DNA from: Phaeosaccion multiseriatum
Lineage: Eukaryota > Protista > Ochrophyta, other classes
Length of the DNA: 64,000 nucleotides
NCBI GenBank assembly: GCA_965112735.1
Contig: OZ218951.1
Location: 3,038,001-3,102,000 of the forward strand
Direction: 5' to 3'
Below, piece after piece: positions 63,462 to 64,000 of the stretch (its first letter is position 1; every line of letters starts with the position of its first letter). Under the pieces are notes generated by a model. That model saw nothing but the letters and a program-made list of their open reading frames with translations, did not search any database and had not been told where the DNA came from. A program made the position numbers and the translations under genes.

Positions 63462-64000
63462 GAGGGAGACTAAGAATCGAGGGATCTACGGGCAGTAGAG
63501 ACCAGTACCCCCCCGCCAGCTGAAAGTGCCACCCATCCTGGTGGGGAAAGGGCAAGGAAAGAGTGCGTGAGTGGTTGGCGGCAATCAACGGGACTGTTTT
63601 GCGAGAAGCTTCTGCAAAGAATTTGGCCTCTCTTACAGCTCTTCGCTCTGGTGAATGCTCTGGTCTTTTGGGGCCTGCTTTTTTACGTCGAGACGACAAG
63701 ACAAGACTTACCTTTGTTGGGCGGCCGACTTGAGAGGAACTTTCGGTCTTGATCCAGAGACTCAGGTCCTGCACACAAGTATGTGCACGCATTCAGCTCC
63801 TTCAGCAGGTCCACTGTCGTTCTCCAAGGCGGCGTTACGAGAGGTAGAGCGTCTTGTGGCCTCGTGACAGTGGGCTGCGCCCTCTTTCTTCCACCGCCAT
63901 GTTCACCTGCCACACACCTGGCCTGAGACTCCGGCAGCGCTCTCTTTCGTCTCTGCTCTGTGGGAGTGGAATGAATGGCTACTTGTGACTCGGAGATTCT
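63436..64000 (-). CDS. Possible 3' end of a minus-strand gene entering from beyond the window
   Basis: Perfect AAG|GTAAGT donor at 63711 and CAG acceptor at 63648 join two open frames in phase, ending at a stop at 63436. No recognisable domain. Confidence 0.25.

Overview
Eukaryotic, GC-rich, intron-dense nuclear DNA. Gene content and style suggest a stramenopile/ochrophyte alga (inference only). Introns are packed with microsatellites, so most supplied six-frame ORFs are repeat artefacts. Splicing exons by hand gave 11 genes: a 5'-truncated WD40 + EF-hand protein (+), meiotic helicase MER3/HFM1 (-), a GLUT-type sugar porter (+), a 16-exon ~2,700-aa STAND/NLR-like protein with PH - unrecognised repeat - NB-ARC - TPR architecture (-), a small RVxF-motif protein (+), RNA polymerase I/III subunit AC40 (-), REEP/Yop1 (+), a START + putative GOLD protein (+), a conserved hypothetical protein (+), and head-to-head NDUFB11 (-) and SDHAF3 (+). 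Most notable: (1) the PH-repeat-NB-ARC-TPR receptor with an apparently unnamed ~35-aa repeat; (2) a dispersed 22-nt motif, CAGCAG-TTGGTGATA-CAGCAGC, in exons of different genes, on both strands and in different frames; (3) unusual intron architecture (G-rich 5'/C-rich 3' repeats, donor-seeded microsatellites, AAG acceptors, one GC-AG intron); (4) an apparent frameshift at the edge of a coding (GAG)n tract. No rRNA, tRNA, CRISPR or transposase was recognised. Exon coordinates were counted by eye and may be off by a few bases.
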